The notes under the pieces are model-generated. The model worked only from the letters and a program-made list of their open reading frames with translations. It was not told where the DNA came from and made no database searches. 64,000 nt of DNA, taken from Octopus bimaculoides (Eukaryota). The position numbers and the translations under genes are program-made. Location: contig NC_068991.1 of the NCBI RefSeq assembly GCF_001194135.2, positions 2,544,052-2,608,051 of the forward strand, given 5' to 3'. Shown one piece after another: positions 27,896-42,245 of this stretch; the stretch's first letter is position 1; the number at the start of each line of letters is the position of its first letter.

Positions 27896-28205
27896 AGTGA
27901 TAGTGGTAATGGTGGTGCCTTGAAATCTAAATATTCCATCGCAAAACTGCTCTTGGGTGAACTACGAATGTATTTTACATTGGATTCAGTTTCGAAAGCA
28001 TGAGTCATGAATTTCACTTCAAAATGTCTCCATTCTCTTTCATTATCTAACAACAAGTATTTATAAGGAATGCAGAGCATTCAAACTCGGTCGTAGAGCT
28101 GACACCTACGAAGTATATTTCCCTTATTTGTCCTCAAAGATCTTCACTCAAATTATAGAATCTGGATCAAAAATAGATGACAGCCAAAAACTACAGCAGA
28201 GACAA

Positions 28206-28572
28206 GGCGGCGAGGAGCTGGCTGAAACGTTAGCAGGCCGGGCGAAATACTTGGCGGTATTTCGTCTGTCGTAACGTTCTGAGTTCAAATTCCACCAAGG
28301 TCGACTTTGCCTTTTATCCTTTCGGGGTCGATAAATTAAGTACCAGTTACGCAATGGGGTCGATGTAATCGACTTAATCGCTGTCCTTGTGTGTCCCCTC
28401 TATGTGTAGCCCCTTGTGGGCAATAAAGAAATAAGAAACGTTAGCACACCGGGCGAAATGCTTAGCAGTATTTCGTCTGTCTTCACGTTCTGAGTTCAAA
28501 TTTTAGCCAAGGTCGACTTTGCTTTCGGGGTCGATAAATTACGTACTAGTTGCGTACTAGGGTCGATCTATC
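28206..28572 (+). mobile_element. SINE family A, two copies in tandem
   Basis: Full copy 28206-28435 followed directly by a 5'-truncated copy 28436-28572. Confidence 0.85.
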
Positions 28573-28756
28573 TACATATAATATGGAATAGGCTATAGCA
28601 AATGAAGGCAGAAAAACACATTTGAATGAAGAGCAGGAGATAATATCGTGGAGCTGTAGGTGTTTTCGTTCAATAAGCACAGACAACGCCCGGCCTGGGA
28701 ATCGAAACCGCGAGTCCGCTGTCTTAACCACTGGGCCATTGCGCCTCCACATATAC

Positions 28757-28789
<33 letters not shown>

Positions 28790-28819
28790 CGTGCGTGTCT
28801 GTATTTGTCNNNNNNNNNN

Positions 28820-28854
<35 letters not shown>

Positions 28855-29280
28855 CGTGCGTGTCTGTATTTGTCCCCCTCAAGCGATTGACAACCGATGT
28901 TCGGCAAAAGAGCGGTTCGGCACAAGAGCCCGGCAGAATAAGTACTGGGCTTGCAGAGAATAAGTCCTGGAGTCGATTTGTTCGACTAAAGACGGTGCTC
29001 TAGCATGGCCGCATTCAAATAACTGAAACAAGTAATCGAATACAAGAATAATGGAATCGTTATGAAGGTCTACAGGAACAAAAGAGGAACCAAGGGGATC
29101 CCTAGGTTAAAAATGGTCGGGAACCACTTGGCCTTGTCGGTTGGAAGGGCTTTCGCTTGAGTTCTGCTTTGAGTTACGTTCTGTGAACGATAGCGAAAAT
29201 CTTCTGGAAGCGATGGTGATGATCATAGTTACATCGACATATGGTATGAGCTGTGCGTGAGTGAGTGAGTGAGTGAGTGA

Positions 29281-29318
<38 letters not shown>

Positions 29319-29514
29319 TATCGCAATACTTTTCATATTCCAACAACTATTACTTCTCTTTTTCCTCTCTTTTTTTATTTATTGCCCTCCTCCTCCTCCT
29401 CCCCATCATCATCGTCGTCGTCATTATCATCTTCTTCTTCTTCTTCTTCTTCTTCTTCTGCTCGTGTAAACTAGCTTTTGTCCTTGAACTCAATTTCTTT
29501 AACGTACACCTTCT

Positions 29515-29595
<81 letters not shown>

Positions 29596-29800
29596 CATGC
29601 ACTCACACACAGACTGATAAACAGGCACACAAATTCCGTCTCTCTCTCTCTCTCTCTCATACACATACACACACACTATGTCTGTCTTCGTCTCTTCGTG
29701 TCTCTGTCTATCTACCTCTACTTCTTTCTCTCTCTCTCTCTGTATGTGTGTTTGGTATCTCCTTCTTTCTATCTGTCTATCTGTTTTGCTCTCTCTTACA

Positions 29801-29848
<48 letters not shown>

Positions 29849-29958
29849 ATCTGTAATCAGTTAGAGAAATGTTGAACTACACCTGTGTGTGTGCTTGTGT
29901 GGGTGTGTGTATCGGCGTGTGTTTCAGTTCTCGCCATACACTCTTTCTCTATTACATT

Positions 29959-30056
<98 letters not shown>

Positions 30057-30312
30057 AATATCTATTTATATATATCGCCATTCTGTCATCCTCTATACAC
30101 AAACACTCAAAAGGATTCTCATTCTCTTTCGTTGTCTCTTTTTTCTTTCTCGCACACACATTCACACATACTTTCATTTACACACACACAGCACCAGAGT
30201 AGCTACCATCTATCATCTCCTCCATTCCCCCCTCTCTCTTTCTTCCTCTCTCTCCCTCTCTTTCCTCCATTATCTGACCTTGTAAAGCAAACGTCCTTCA
30301 CCTTACCGAATA

Positions 30313-30400
30313 CCGTCTGCTTCTCTGTCGTCTGCTTCTCTGTCGTCTGCTTATCTGTCGTCTGCTTACCTGTCGTCTGCTTATCTGTCGTCTGCTTATC
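30313..30400 (+). repeat. 15-bp minisatellite (ctgtcgtctgcttat) x about 6
   Basis: Read directly from the sequence. Confidence 0.9.
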
Positions 30401-31395
30401 ACTTCCTGGAATTTCATATTTATTATCTGATAAATCTACCTCTGAAAATTGCTGAGTTTTATGCCTTTACTCTTACATTCCTCTCTTCTTCTTTCATTCC
30501 TCATATCATTCTTATTCTTTATTCTTCACTCATTCTCTCTTTACTTCCGTTCGTTCATTCTCGTTTCACGTTCCTTCATTGCTTCTTACATTTTGTTTAA
30601 TTTTTATCTCCTCAAATTAATATTTTCCATTACTTTATCTAATTCTTTCTATCATTTTTTCTAATTTTCAGTTATTTTACTACTGTTTCTTTCATTTTCT
30701 ATTTCTCGCCTGCATTTATCCATTTATTTAATTAATTATTTATCTTTTTCGAATTATCATCCTTTTTCGATTATTTTTTTTTTCTTCCATCGTATTTGGT
30801 TGACGAAAACTGTGTGGAAGCCTGTCGTGTGTGTCTCTATGTGTGTATTTGTCTTTCCCCACCACATGGCAACCGGTGTTGGTATGATTTCAACCCCGTC
30901 ATTGAGCAGTTCTGCAAACAGACCGATAAAATAGATACCAGACTTTTAAATAATTACTGTGCTCAATGTGTTTGACTACACCCATTAAAACGGAGCCATT
31001 ACATGGCCGCAGTCCAATGGCTGAAGCAAATAATGGATCAAGAAAGAGTCCCTCTTATCATTTGTGCATTTTGCTTTCTCTAACAACCTTCTTCGTTCTT
31101 TCTTCATCGTTCAGTTCATCCATCTTTTACTCGTTCCATTCATTACTACAGATTCTTCTTCCGTCATTTCCTCTCCTCGTCTTCTTTCAATTTCTTATTC
31201 TTATATTCTTGTAGCTTTTATCTTTCGAGCTGTCATTTTTCGGTCTCATTCGCTTCTTTCTTTCGAGCAGTTTATTGCTCTCCTCGTCTTCTTACCTAAC
31301 AGAATACATTGAACTTCCTACAAATTCTTATCTGTTTATCACTTCCTGAAATTTTTTCACTAATCTCTACTGTCTGTGTATCTGTCCCTGCTTGC

Positions 31396-31428
<33 letters not shown>

Positions 31429-31844
31429 CCCCCCCCGTACACGTGTGTGTGGTGGGGTGTCACTTTCAACGGTAGAACTTGAAGTAGATAAGGCTATAAA
31501 TAATAGCTTATAGATAAATATCTCGATGGAAAAAGTCGTGGGACTCGAAACCATTTCTTCTGTAAATATGACAGACGTTTTACTATTGACCCAGAGAAAC
31601 CTTGCGAACGTCTCCATCCAGCTTTATCTACTTCGAATTTCATCGTTTAAACAATATGCGATCCTTGCTAGTAAGAACAAAGCTTCTAAATTGGATGGCG
31701 AAATTCGAAGGATTGCTTTGGTACAATGGTAGAACGTCTGTCGTGTTTACAGCTGTCCAGTTACGTCATAAATCTATTCATCGCAACGAAGAATGAACTA
31801 AAATGTAGAACCTGAGGCACATTACAAAATTTTGCGCCTTCGTC

Positions 31845-32227
31845 TTTTCTTGTTTCAGTCATTAGACTGCGGCCTTCCTGGAGCAACACCTTGAGGAATT
31901 TTAGTCGAATGTATGAAACCCATCAGTTATTTTTTAAAGCCTGGCACTCATTCTGTCGGTCTCTTTTGCCGAATTGCTATATTATGAGGACGTAAATACA
32001 CCGACACAGGTTGCCAAGTGGTGATAGAAGACAAATACAAACGCAAAGACACACGCGCACACATACATACGACGGGCTTCTTTCAGTTTCCGTCTACGAA
32101 ATCCACTCACACGGCTTTGGTCTGCCCGAATACATAGCAGAAGACACTCACTCAAGGTGCCACGCAGTGAATCTGAACCCGGAACCATGTTGTTGGGAAG
32201 CAAGCTTCTTACCACACAGTCACACCT
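31845..32227 (-). mobile_element. SINE family B, full length
   Basis: Reverse complement of the family B consensus. Confidence 0.85.
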
Positions 32228-33514
32228 AGTTTCAGTGGGTCGTCCATTTCTTCAGGCATCAGCAAAACCATCCGTCCTGGTGTTGGATAGATGTCTTTGC
32301 GATTTGCAGTAATCGTTCAGGCTCTTAACTCTAAGAGCTAACCCCTCTAAGGTTAAATTTGCCTTTCATTAGGGGATCGATAAATAAAGTTCAAGTCGTG
32401 TACCAGTGTAAATCCTTTTGTTCTTAATGCTCTTGTTTGTTTCGCTTTCTTTGTTCTGGGAGAAATCAGATCTTTAAGATTTAGAGAAGGATGGGTTCCG
32501 CCCGGTCTAAACATGTCCAAAACACATTGTATATGACGACAGCGACCACATCACGCCATAGTCTTGGCTGAAAAAAGAGGGAGAGCGACGTCGTCTGGTC
32601 ACACCGAAATTCTGGAGACCAATACCGAAGGATCGCCTCCGTCTAGAACAATAACCTCCCTTCAAAACGTCAACTAGCACCACCGCTACTATCACCACCA
32701 CCAACAATAACAATAACAAAACCAACAACAAACAAGCAACAGAAAGAGAGGGATGTCTATGTGAGCCCTAGACCTGCTAGAAATAGCAGTCATATCTCCA
32801 ATAAATTGCTCGCTTACCGTCCCATTAAGTGGAATTACAAATTGGATAATAACGGCGTCCTAAAAGAAATAGGGAGAGGTGGCTATGGTTGGAATGTCGT
32901 TGATATCGTACGTCTACAGAATTAAAGCTGACATGGGGCTAACTAGCACCACCACCACAACTACTACTATTACTACTACTACTACTACTACTACTACTGC
33001 ATCTTCACTCCACAAAACCTACCACCACCACTACTTCCACTACAACTATTAATTCTACAACCACCACCACCACCGCCACCATCACCACTACTACTACTAC
33101 TATGACAACATCCCCTAACATATACATCCCAGCCTTTATCAAAAGCCTATTTTAAGTAAGTCCTGTTGTGTTGTAACAGGGTATCGGGTGTCAGTGTTAG
33201 AACATATACTACATCTATTTCGGGGTACATCGGGGTGCCTATCTGTAGCTCCCTGCTATGGAGGGGAGGATGAAGAGGAGGATGAAGAGGAGGATGAGGA
33301 GGAGAATAAGGGCAGTTGGGGGTGGAAGAGAAGAATAGGGTCACCAACATATTACACAATTATACACACACACACACACATTACGCGTAAGAACATGTAC
33401 ACGTGCGTGGATACACACACACACATACATATATAAGTATATATTTGTATATACATGTATGTATATGCATGTTATTTGTATAATACATATACACATACAT
33501 ATATATGTATGTAC

Positions 33515-33548
<34 letters not shown>

Positions 33549-34206
33549 GTGTATGTATATATATATATATATATATACATACATATATATATATATANNN
33601 NNNNNNNNNNNNNNNNNNNNNNNNNNNNNNNNNNNNNNNNNNNNNNNNNNNNNNNNNNNNNNNNNNNNNNNNNNNNNNNNNNNNNNNNNNNNNNNNNNNN
33701 NNNNNNNNNNNNNNNNNNNNNNNNNNNNNNNNNNNNNNNNNNNNNNNNNNNNNNNNNNNNNNNNNNNNNNNNNNNNNNNNNNNNNNNNNNNNNNNNNNNN
33801 NNNNNNNNNNNNNNNNNNNNNNNNNNNNNNNNNNNNNNNNNNNNNNNNNNNNNNNNNNNNNNNNNNNNNNNNNNNNNNNNNNNNNNNNNNNNNNNNNNNN
33901 NNNNNNNNNNNNNNNNNNNNNNNNNNNNNNNNNNNNNNNNNNNNNNNNNNNNNNNNNNNNNNNNNNNNNNNNNNNNNNNNNNNNNNNNNNNNNNNNNNNN
34001 NNNNNNNNNNNNNNNNNNNNNNNNNNNNNNNNNNNNNNNNNNNNNNNNNNNNNNNNNNNNNNNNNNNNNCTCTCCAAAATATAGCATATGTCACTCCATA
34101 GGAATTTTACTACAATTGACGCTGTTCAACTTACAACAGTTGCGGGTCGCTAACACATCTTGGGGTAAAAATGCATGTTGTACATAGTATACGGTTATAA
34201 TTAATA

Positions 34207-34431
34207 TTCTTTTCTACTCTAGGCACAAGGCCCGAATTTTTTTATTTTTTTGGCGGGGGAGGGGCAGTATATTAGATCGACCCCAGTACGCAACTGGTAC
34301 TTAATTTATTGACTCCGAAAGGATGAAAGGCAAATTCGACCTCGGCGGAATTTGGAGTCAGAACGTAAAGACAGGCGAAATACCGCTAAGCATTTCGCTC
34401 GGCGTGCTAACGTTTCCGCCAGCTCGCCGTC
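34207..34431 (-). mobile_element. SINE family A, full length
   Basis: Head, gttctgagttcaaattccgccgaggtcgac body and ccttgtgcctagagtagaaa tail. Confidence 0.88.
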
Positions 34432-35688
34432 TTGGTCATAATCAATATTATAGTTAATAAGACATCTCTCGTCTCTCTTCGGTAAATCCTCAGAGAGATC
34501 CAACATCATTTGGTAGTGAATGTTAAGGGAGATAACCTACTTTGGTGAAAAAGGAAATTGAAACTTATTGGGTTGGTTATGGTTTCAGGGAACGTTAACG
34601 TTTATACTATTGATCACTTACATGTTTGTATATGCATAATGTGGGTGTATGAACGTGTATATATACATACTTGTATATAGATATGTATGCGTGTATGCAT
34701 TAGGCCTAATGGAATGTTTAATTGTAGAAAACGTACCAAATGCGATATAATATACAATGCTATATAATATATAAGCGTGTAGTCAAAACACCTGAGAGTG
34801 TTTATTACTACACAAGCGCTTCTGTAACAAAAATCAATGTCACATTGCATTATCACGTTCACTCTTTTAAACACAAAAGAAAACTGCACAACGTTGGCTA
34901 AATTCATGCGGCACCTCAAAGAGAAAATTTAACTACTCTGTTTCGTGGTCGATCAAAGACCATGCTCTTCCATATAGAGGGTACGGTGGGAGCGTTTGGA
35001 CTACTAACTTGTAATTCTAGCCTAATTAACAAACGGTGTTACAGAGTGAGTTACACAAATGAGAAATTTGTTTTATTTACTTTTATTTTCAGGAAACAAA
35101 AATTTTGAAAATTAGCATTCACCTCATCATTTTGCATAGGCATCAAGAAGTTTTATAAGAGTTTAATTATAATTATTGTACGTATTACTGTATGTATTTG
35201 CTGATATTATCTATGGTGGTAAAAGTATTCTTCCAAAGTTTCCCGTCGTATGACGGGTAATACACTAGTATATATATAATAGTCTTTCACGTTTTTCGAG
35301 GAGCACATATATGTGTGTGTGTGTGTGTGTGTGTACAAACACAAACATCTATATATTTATGCACGGGTGCATGTGTGTGTGCTTATGTGAGTATATTGCC
35401 ATTACAGAGTATATTGCCATTACAGAGTAATTGCCGCAAAAGAAAAACATTATAAATTAATTAGCGTGGTTTAATCTCGGGTTCTTTGATGTCAGCAGCA
35501 CCTTCATCACAGCAAGCAGCCAGTAATAAGATGGCGTCTGGTACGAAACGCAAAAGAGGTCAATAGATTGCTCCTGTATCAAGGAGGTCATCGTTGTACA
35601 AGAAATGGTAGCGAAATAATGATAGAGCGACATCTCTTACTGTCTCTTACTTAAGGGCACTCTCTCTGTCCCTCTTTCTCTCTCTCTC

Positions 35689-35798
<110 letters not shown>

Positions 35799-37265
35799 NN
35801 NNNNNNNNNNNNNNNNNNNNNNNNNNNNNNNNNNNNNNNNNNNNNNNNNNNNNNNNNNNNNNNNNNNNNNNNNNNNNNNNNNNNNNNNNNNNNNNNNNNN
35901 NNNNNNNNNNNNNNNNNNNNNNNNNNNNNNNNNNNNNNNNNNNNNNNNNNNNNNNNNNNNNNNNNNNNNNNNNNNNNNNNNNNNNNNNNNNNTATATATA
36001 TATATATATGTGTGTGTGTATATAGGGTGTTCAATAAATTATCTTTACAGCTTCTTTAGTGTATCTATTAGAGTTGAGATCTTGTTGCGTGCCACCAATG
36101 GAGCCCACCCGGAAGTGTTCTTATGCTTCTAATCAAACTTTATTTCTTTGTCTACATTTTCCAATAATCTCTGCTGGGTAATCCTTATCTTTGGATTTGT
36201 TTTCTGTATTTTAGATATTGTAAGTGTAATTTATGGACACCGACATAATCATGAAATGCATTCGTGTACATACATGTGTACACTCAAACACTCGCCCTGA
36301 ACATTCACAGATAAGAATATCATCAACCGATTTCTTTCGTTTCCAGTCTTATATAATTGGATCTTATAACAGATCTTTCTGTCTGGCTGTCTGGTTGTTT
36401 GTCTGCCCCCCGCCATCTCTCTTTCTCTCTTTCATATTATCCATCCACCACCAGCTCGTTATCTAAAGCCAGTCTCCTCTTTTATCAGCTGTTACGTCAT
36501 GCGATAAAGTCGCGACGAACGAAAAAAGCATGTTCCTTATGCAAATGAAGTCCGACTTACGGACAATAAATATATGGGAAGCTGTGATGCCCATGCCTTT
36601 CACGAAAGTATAAAGTAACTCATGCACACGCACTATTTTTTAGTTCCACGTCAGCCCTCGTAGCCGATGTATGACCTGTCATTTTGTATATCTATCTACG
36701 ATTACAGTGTTTGATGTGACCGTCTCTTTTGTAGATCGCTCGCTGAGATTTGATTGGAGATTTAGCTTTTATTTCTAGCAAGATGAGAAACAGTATAGAA
36801 GTTCCTCCTTCATGAGACAAAAGGTGGCTCTGAGAGAACTTGAATGCAAAATAAAATTAATCCTAAACAAAGAATGTATTACAGAGTTTGGTTGTCTATA
36901 TTGGGAATAATGGACTCGTGGGATTTCGAGAAATACTACCAGAAATTCAGACTACACTTGCAGAAAATGAATCGTAGAAATAGTCAATAAATTCGACTTG
37001 AGGGCTGGGTTTTAAAATGAACCAGTAAACGGCAATTTTCTCCATGTCAGCATTCAGCTTAATCAAGCTTGGAGTCAAAAACCTGAAGTCCCGCCATCAA
37101 CTGACTGTCTTCAGACAATTTCGTAGACTAGCGTTACTCGGCCATTTTTTTTACCCATGGACGCCTTTCATACCTATTTTACACGGATGGGTGCTCATAC
37201 CCGTTCAATGTTAAAACAAAATTCTTATATTTTTATGATTAAATATTTTGTGAATTCTTTTAGCA

Positions 37266-37675
37266 TTTACTTGTTCCAGTCATTCTTGACTGAAAATGGA
37301 GCGCCGCCTTTTTAGTCGGAGAAATCGACCCCTGGACTTATTCTTTGTAAGCCTGGTACTTGTTCTATCGGTCTCTAGTGCCGAACCGCTAAGTCATGGA
37401 GACGTAAACACACCAACATCGGTTGTCAAGAGATGGTGGGGGGACAAACACAAGCACACACACACACACGTGCAGACAGACAGACAGATAGACACACACA
37501 CATATAATATACGGTGGGCTTCTTTCAGTTTCCGTCTACCAAATCCACTCACAAGGCTTTGGCTGGCCCGAGGCTATAACAGAAGACACTTGCCCAACGT
37601 GCCACACAGTGGGACTGAGCCCGGAACCATGTGGTTGGAAAGCAAGCTTCTTACCACACAGCCACGCCTGCGCCT
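37266..37675 (-). mobile_element. SINE family B, full length
   Basis: Head aggcgcaggcgtggctgtgtggtaagaagcttgc through the tail. Confidence 0.88.
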
Positions 37676-38813
37676 AAGAATTATTGCAAAATATTGTATG
37701 GACCCTTAAAGGGCCATATGGACCCCGGCTGAGAACCACTGACTTTAGAGAAATCAGCAAAATGTTAAAGCATCCGCTGTGCAGATGGTAATGATACCAT
37801 CATAGGCGCTATTTATTGTGTGTTTGTTTGTTGGGGTTGCTGTTTAGGGAGTTGACGTGTGGAAGGGGTGATGCTGATGCTGGTGGTAGTGGTGGTGGTG
37901 GTGAAGGTGGTGGTGGTGGTGGCGGCGGCAGCGGTAATGGCAGCGGTAGTGGTTCTGTTGCTACAACTGATGATGATGATGATGATAATGTTGATGATGA
38001 TGATGATTGTAGTTATGGTGGTGACGGTGGCGGTGCTGTTGCTGCTGCTACAACAGATGATGATAGTGATGATGATTAGGGTAGTGGTTGTGGTGGTGTT
38101 GGTGGTAATTTTAACGGGTGGGGTGAGGGTTGGGGTTGGGGGGGATTGCTTCACTAAGTACGGGCACCTGGTCCTCATCACATTTGCATCTTAAACAATT
38201 CCTTAGATTCCAAAGCTTTCTCTGTCTGTGTGTCAAGTTGTCTGTCTGTCTGTCTGCTTGCTTGCTTGTCTGTCTGTCTGACAGGCTGTCTGGCTGTCTA
38301 GCTGGCAGGCTGGCTGGTGTGATAGTGGGTTTGCATGTATAAATATATATATATAAGTCAGTAAATAGTGGGGTGATATATATATATATATATATATATA
38401 TGGGTTATTTGGTATGTGAATGCCTCAGTCGCAGTAGTCGTGATGATGATAGTTCGGGTAGCTGTATGTGGGATGGTGGTGGTGAGTATGATGGTTGTGG
38501 TAATGATATCGCTTCAGGTGTTATAAGTGATGTTAGTCGACGGGTATTGTATATGGGAGGTGGTGGAGAGGTGGTGACGGTGGTTATGTTGCTGATGTTG
38601 TTGTTGTTGTCTATGTTGCTGTGGTTTCTTTCTCTCCTCCCCACCCCCATCCGTGTATCGCTAAGCTATACCACCACGCCTATTATTACCATTCTTCTAA
38701 AGCAACTCATCTCTTAAGAGACCAAGAAACACGATTGGTATTGTTCGCTGAGCTTACACACCGCCAAACATAACCACGTCTCTCTTTCACCCCCAAAAAC
38801 GCGCGCGCACTCA

Positions 38814-38876
<63 letters not shown>

Positions 38877-39396
38877 TACACACGCACGTGCACACACTCA
38901 CTGACATGCACATGAAAGTTAATGTGAACACGTGTACCTGATGTTATCGGGTATCGCACGCCTCCTTAATTGTGCTTTATATCACCCAACCAAGCAATTA
39001 GCAGCAACAGCAGCAGTAGTAGTAGTAGTAGTAGTAGTAGCAGTTGTTGTTATTGTCGTCGTCGTTATTTGGCTCTTGGTCACTTCTGATCCTGCAAACA
39101 TTTGATCCAAGATGGTTCCTAGCCGACCCGTAACTAACTTGTTTTATATTTTCAAACGTAGTACAGTTGCCACTACATTATGAAACGTGTTCCTGCCTTC
39201 TATATAAGACAGTAGGATATACTCTGAAGGAAATTTGGCAGCTATTTTTAGATGAGTGAAGGTTTCCTCGTTGGCTCGTATCTTGGTGGTTTTTTACCGG
39301 TGAAGGGAAACAGCGTACTTGACCGAATCGTATTTGCCGGCTTACAATCAAATCGCACTTCAATTTTAGTAAGCCTTTTCTTCAATCACAATGTAT

Positions 39397-39775
39397 AGGC
39401 GCAGGCATGGCTGTGTGATAAGAAGTTTGCTTCTCAACCACATGTTTCCAGGTTCAGTCTCACTGCATGGCATCTTGGGCTTTAAATGTCTTCTACTATA
39501 GTTGTGGGCCGAGCAAAGCTTTTATGAGTAGATTTGGAAGCCTGTCATGAGTGTGTGTGTCTTTGTGTCTGTGCTTGTCCCCCCCCACTACCGATTGAAA
39601 ACCGGTGTCGGTGTATTTATGTCCCCTTAACTTAGCGGTTTGACAAAATGTATCGATTGAATAAGTACCAGGCTTAGAATAAATAAATACTGGGGTTGAT
39701 TCATTCGACTAAACATTTTTCAAAGCGGTGCCACAGCATGGCCGTAGTCTAATGCCTGAAACAAGTAAAAGATAA
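39397..39775 (+). mobile_element. SINE family B, full length
   Basis: Same structure; partial copies near 4235, 7030, 20680, 21470, 25340, 28770, 30800, 51775, 52750, 57085, 58765 and 60570. Confidence 0.85.
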
Positions 39776-40065
39776 AATTTGCCAGGAATCCGAACCTTCA
39801 CATAGGGTTTCTAAGAAGCAGGCTGCTATTCGGGGTAATTTTCAAGAGGAAAAGCACCCCTTAAGCTGTAATTGGTTCCCGGTTTCAAAAGTATATCTCA
39901 TGACACTCGGTCGGACGCCTGTGTATCGTTTCGCTATTTCATATAAACAATGTGGAATGGTGATAAGTTATCGTCGAACCAAGTCTGAGAAGAAGGGTTC
40001 TATTCATGATTTCATTTGCTAATTTTAAAAATTTTATTTATGCAATTCTGTATTTTCTTTTGCAG

Positions 40066-40281
40066 TTCCATCGTTGTAACGAGTCCTGGAAAAACAGCCG
40101 ACCAAGAACGGTGCCGATCAGTCGCAGAACGGTCACGCTCGGAGTCAACATGCCACCATGGGGGTTGCAAACTACTGTGGTCATACATTTGTTACCTGAA
40201 ATGTCGGTCGTCGTAGCACGTGACTTGGTGGCCAGTCTACAAACCCACGCCCCAGCTTTGTCTACTATATCAACGTTGTAG
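40066..40281 (+). CDS. Uncharacterised gene terminal exon: FHRCNESWKNSRPRTVPISRRTVTLGVNMPPWGLQTTVVIHLLPEMSVVVARDLVASLQTHAPALSTISTL*
   Basis: tattttcttttgcAG phase-0 acceptor, TAG stop, AATAAA at 40357 and 40413 downstream. Confidence 0.82.
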   Translation, partial: FHRCNESWKNSRPRTVPISRRTVTLGVNMPPWGLQTTVVIHLLPEMSVVVARDLVASLQTHAPALSTISTL

Positions 40282-40356
40282 TCAGGACAGACCCAAACGC
40301 TCAAACACAAGCACAAATGCATACATACATACATACATACATACATACAAAAAAAT

Positions 40357-40418
40357 AATAAATGAATACATATACACATAATAAGAATAATATAATAATA
40401 ATAATGATATACAAATAA
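40357..40418 (+). promoter_or_regulatory. Candidate polyadenylation signals (AATAAA x2) of the plus-strand gene
   Basis: AATAAA at 40357-40362 and 40413-40418, 76-137 nt after the stop codon; an AT-rich context lowers specificity. Confidence 0.4.
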
Positions 40419-40846
40419 AAACAAAACCGAAAAAGAATTATATAAAAATGAATCGAATCCGTTCCGCGGCAGAGGATCGAACCAGTGATGAAGTGAAACG
40501 ATAAAGACGAAGAAATATCGACTGATCAGTGTGTAAATATCTGCAGCCTCATGAGATTGGCAGAATTGTTAGCGCGTCGAACAAAATGACTTGCTGTATT
40601 TCTTCCGGCTCTTTACTTTCTAAATTCAAGTCGGCCGAGGTTGACTTTGCCTTTCATCCTTCCGAGGCTGATGAAATGAAATACCAGTCAAGAACTGAGA
40701 ATGGTTTAAGCATATCTAAGCCATCCTCCGACCAAATTTTAGGCCTTGTGCCTATGCTAACATCGAAAGGCCAAGAAGTGATAGAATCGTCAACGAGACG
40801 GACAAAATGTTTAGCAGCATTTCTTCCGACTCATTACTTTCTAAAC

Positions 40847-41085
40847 CAATGCTTCTCAACCATCCCCCCCCCCTACGGACCCTATTAATTCCTATTTTAC
40901 TCTACCGAACCCTCAAACTAATTCAATGCTAAAAAATAATCTTAAAATTCTTTAATAATTAAATATCATTAAGAAATGTAGAAAAAATTGTTAATATACC
41001 TTAAGTATTGTAGAAATATAGCCACTTTATTGTACATAAACTTTAATAATAAAATCTTATACAGAACCCGGTTTCACAACCACTG
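40847..41085. mobile_element. hAT-type MITE nested in a SINE
   Basis: TIRs caatgcttctcaacc / ggtttcacaaccactg; 8-bp TSD ttctaaac / ttctaaat (7 of 8 match); host SINE sequence resumes on both sides. Confidence 0.78.
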
Positions 41086-41975
41086 TTCTAAATGCAAATC
41101 CTGCTGAGGTCAGCTTTGATTTCCATCCCCTCGGGATCAGTAAAGTAAAGTACCAGTCAAGTACTGGAGTCGATGGAATAATCTCAACCTCCAAAATTTC
41201 GGTGCTTATCTTAAAAACAACAATTATAATAATTATTATTATTAATTGTTCAATGTGTCCAGTCCATTGTAATATGTGGGTCATTACATCTATTACCTCA
41301 GTATCCCATTGACATTGTAATAAATACTTCCAATCCTCTATGGACTGACCTCAAATCGTTGGCATTTACTCGTCTGCCCAGAGGAGCCGATGGTATGGAT
41401 TTAATTAGTCGAAACCCCATTCCATTTATATATATGTATACACACACATATATATATATATATATTAAAAACACGTGACCATATGTGTGTGTGTTTTTTC
41501 ATGATTATGCACGTATAGGAAGTATAGTGTGTAGCGGTGAAGGTGATGGTGGATGTTTGTGTATCCAAGGGGTCATCGTGTTAAAAGTAAAAGTGTCAAA
41601 AGCACGTGGAGACTTCTAGTGGACGATTAGTACAAGGGAGATAATCCTCATATAATAATATTTGGCAGGGTTTGTAGTTTGATTTCGAAATTAAGGAATA
41701 AGGAAGAAAATGCATAAAATACGCGTATTTATTTATGCTTGTTGCTTACACATTACGAAGTTCTTAGCACCATTTCATTCTTTTGGGAAATCAACATAAC
41801 AAGGCTGCATAGTTTATCTAACAGAAAAGAACAAACGAGAAAAATCAATTCTCGGTCAGGAGTTGATTGGTAAAACTTCTTTAAATCGTCCCAAGTAAAA
41901 GATGATTTGCAAAGTCGGGCTTAGTTGCATTTGAACTCAAAACGTAAAGAGTTGTGAGCTAAATACAGCAAGGAT

Positions 41976-42019
<44 letters not shown>

Positions 42020-42212
42020 CTAACGATCCTGACAATTTACAAACCTTATCTTTTGAGTAAATGAATAAATAATAAATAAATAATGAAATTTTAAAGGAAA
42101 ATGGATAAAACATATTTTTTAAAAAATATCATTTCGCAACCTCCCTCCTTAAACCACAAACACACACACAACCCCCGTTTCTTCTCCAACGGAGATACTG
42201 ACACCAAGGCTT

Positions 42213-42245
<33 letters not shown>

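Noticed and set aside
28760-28875. Duplicated segment on both sides of a 10-N gap
   Set aside because: Most likely an unmerged contig overlap inside a family B SINE microsatellite.
30313-30400. CRISPR-like repeat
   Set aside because: Head-to-tail 15-mers with no spacers, in a eukaryotic context.
32540-32677. Coding-looking stretch EKRGRATSSGHTEILETNTEGSPPSRTITSLQNVN* as an alternative last exon
   Set aside because: An in-frame stop lies just upstream, there is no convincing acceptor, and the 40066 exon fits better.
35389-35428. 18-bp tandem duplication gagtatattgccattaca
   Set aside because: Ordinary slippage duplication with no further structure.
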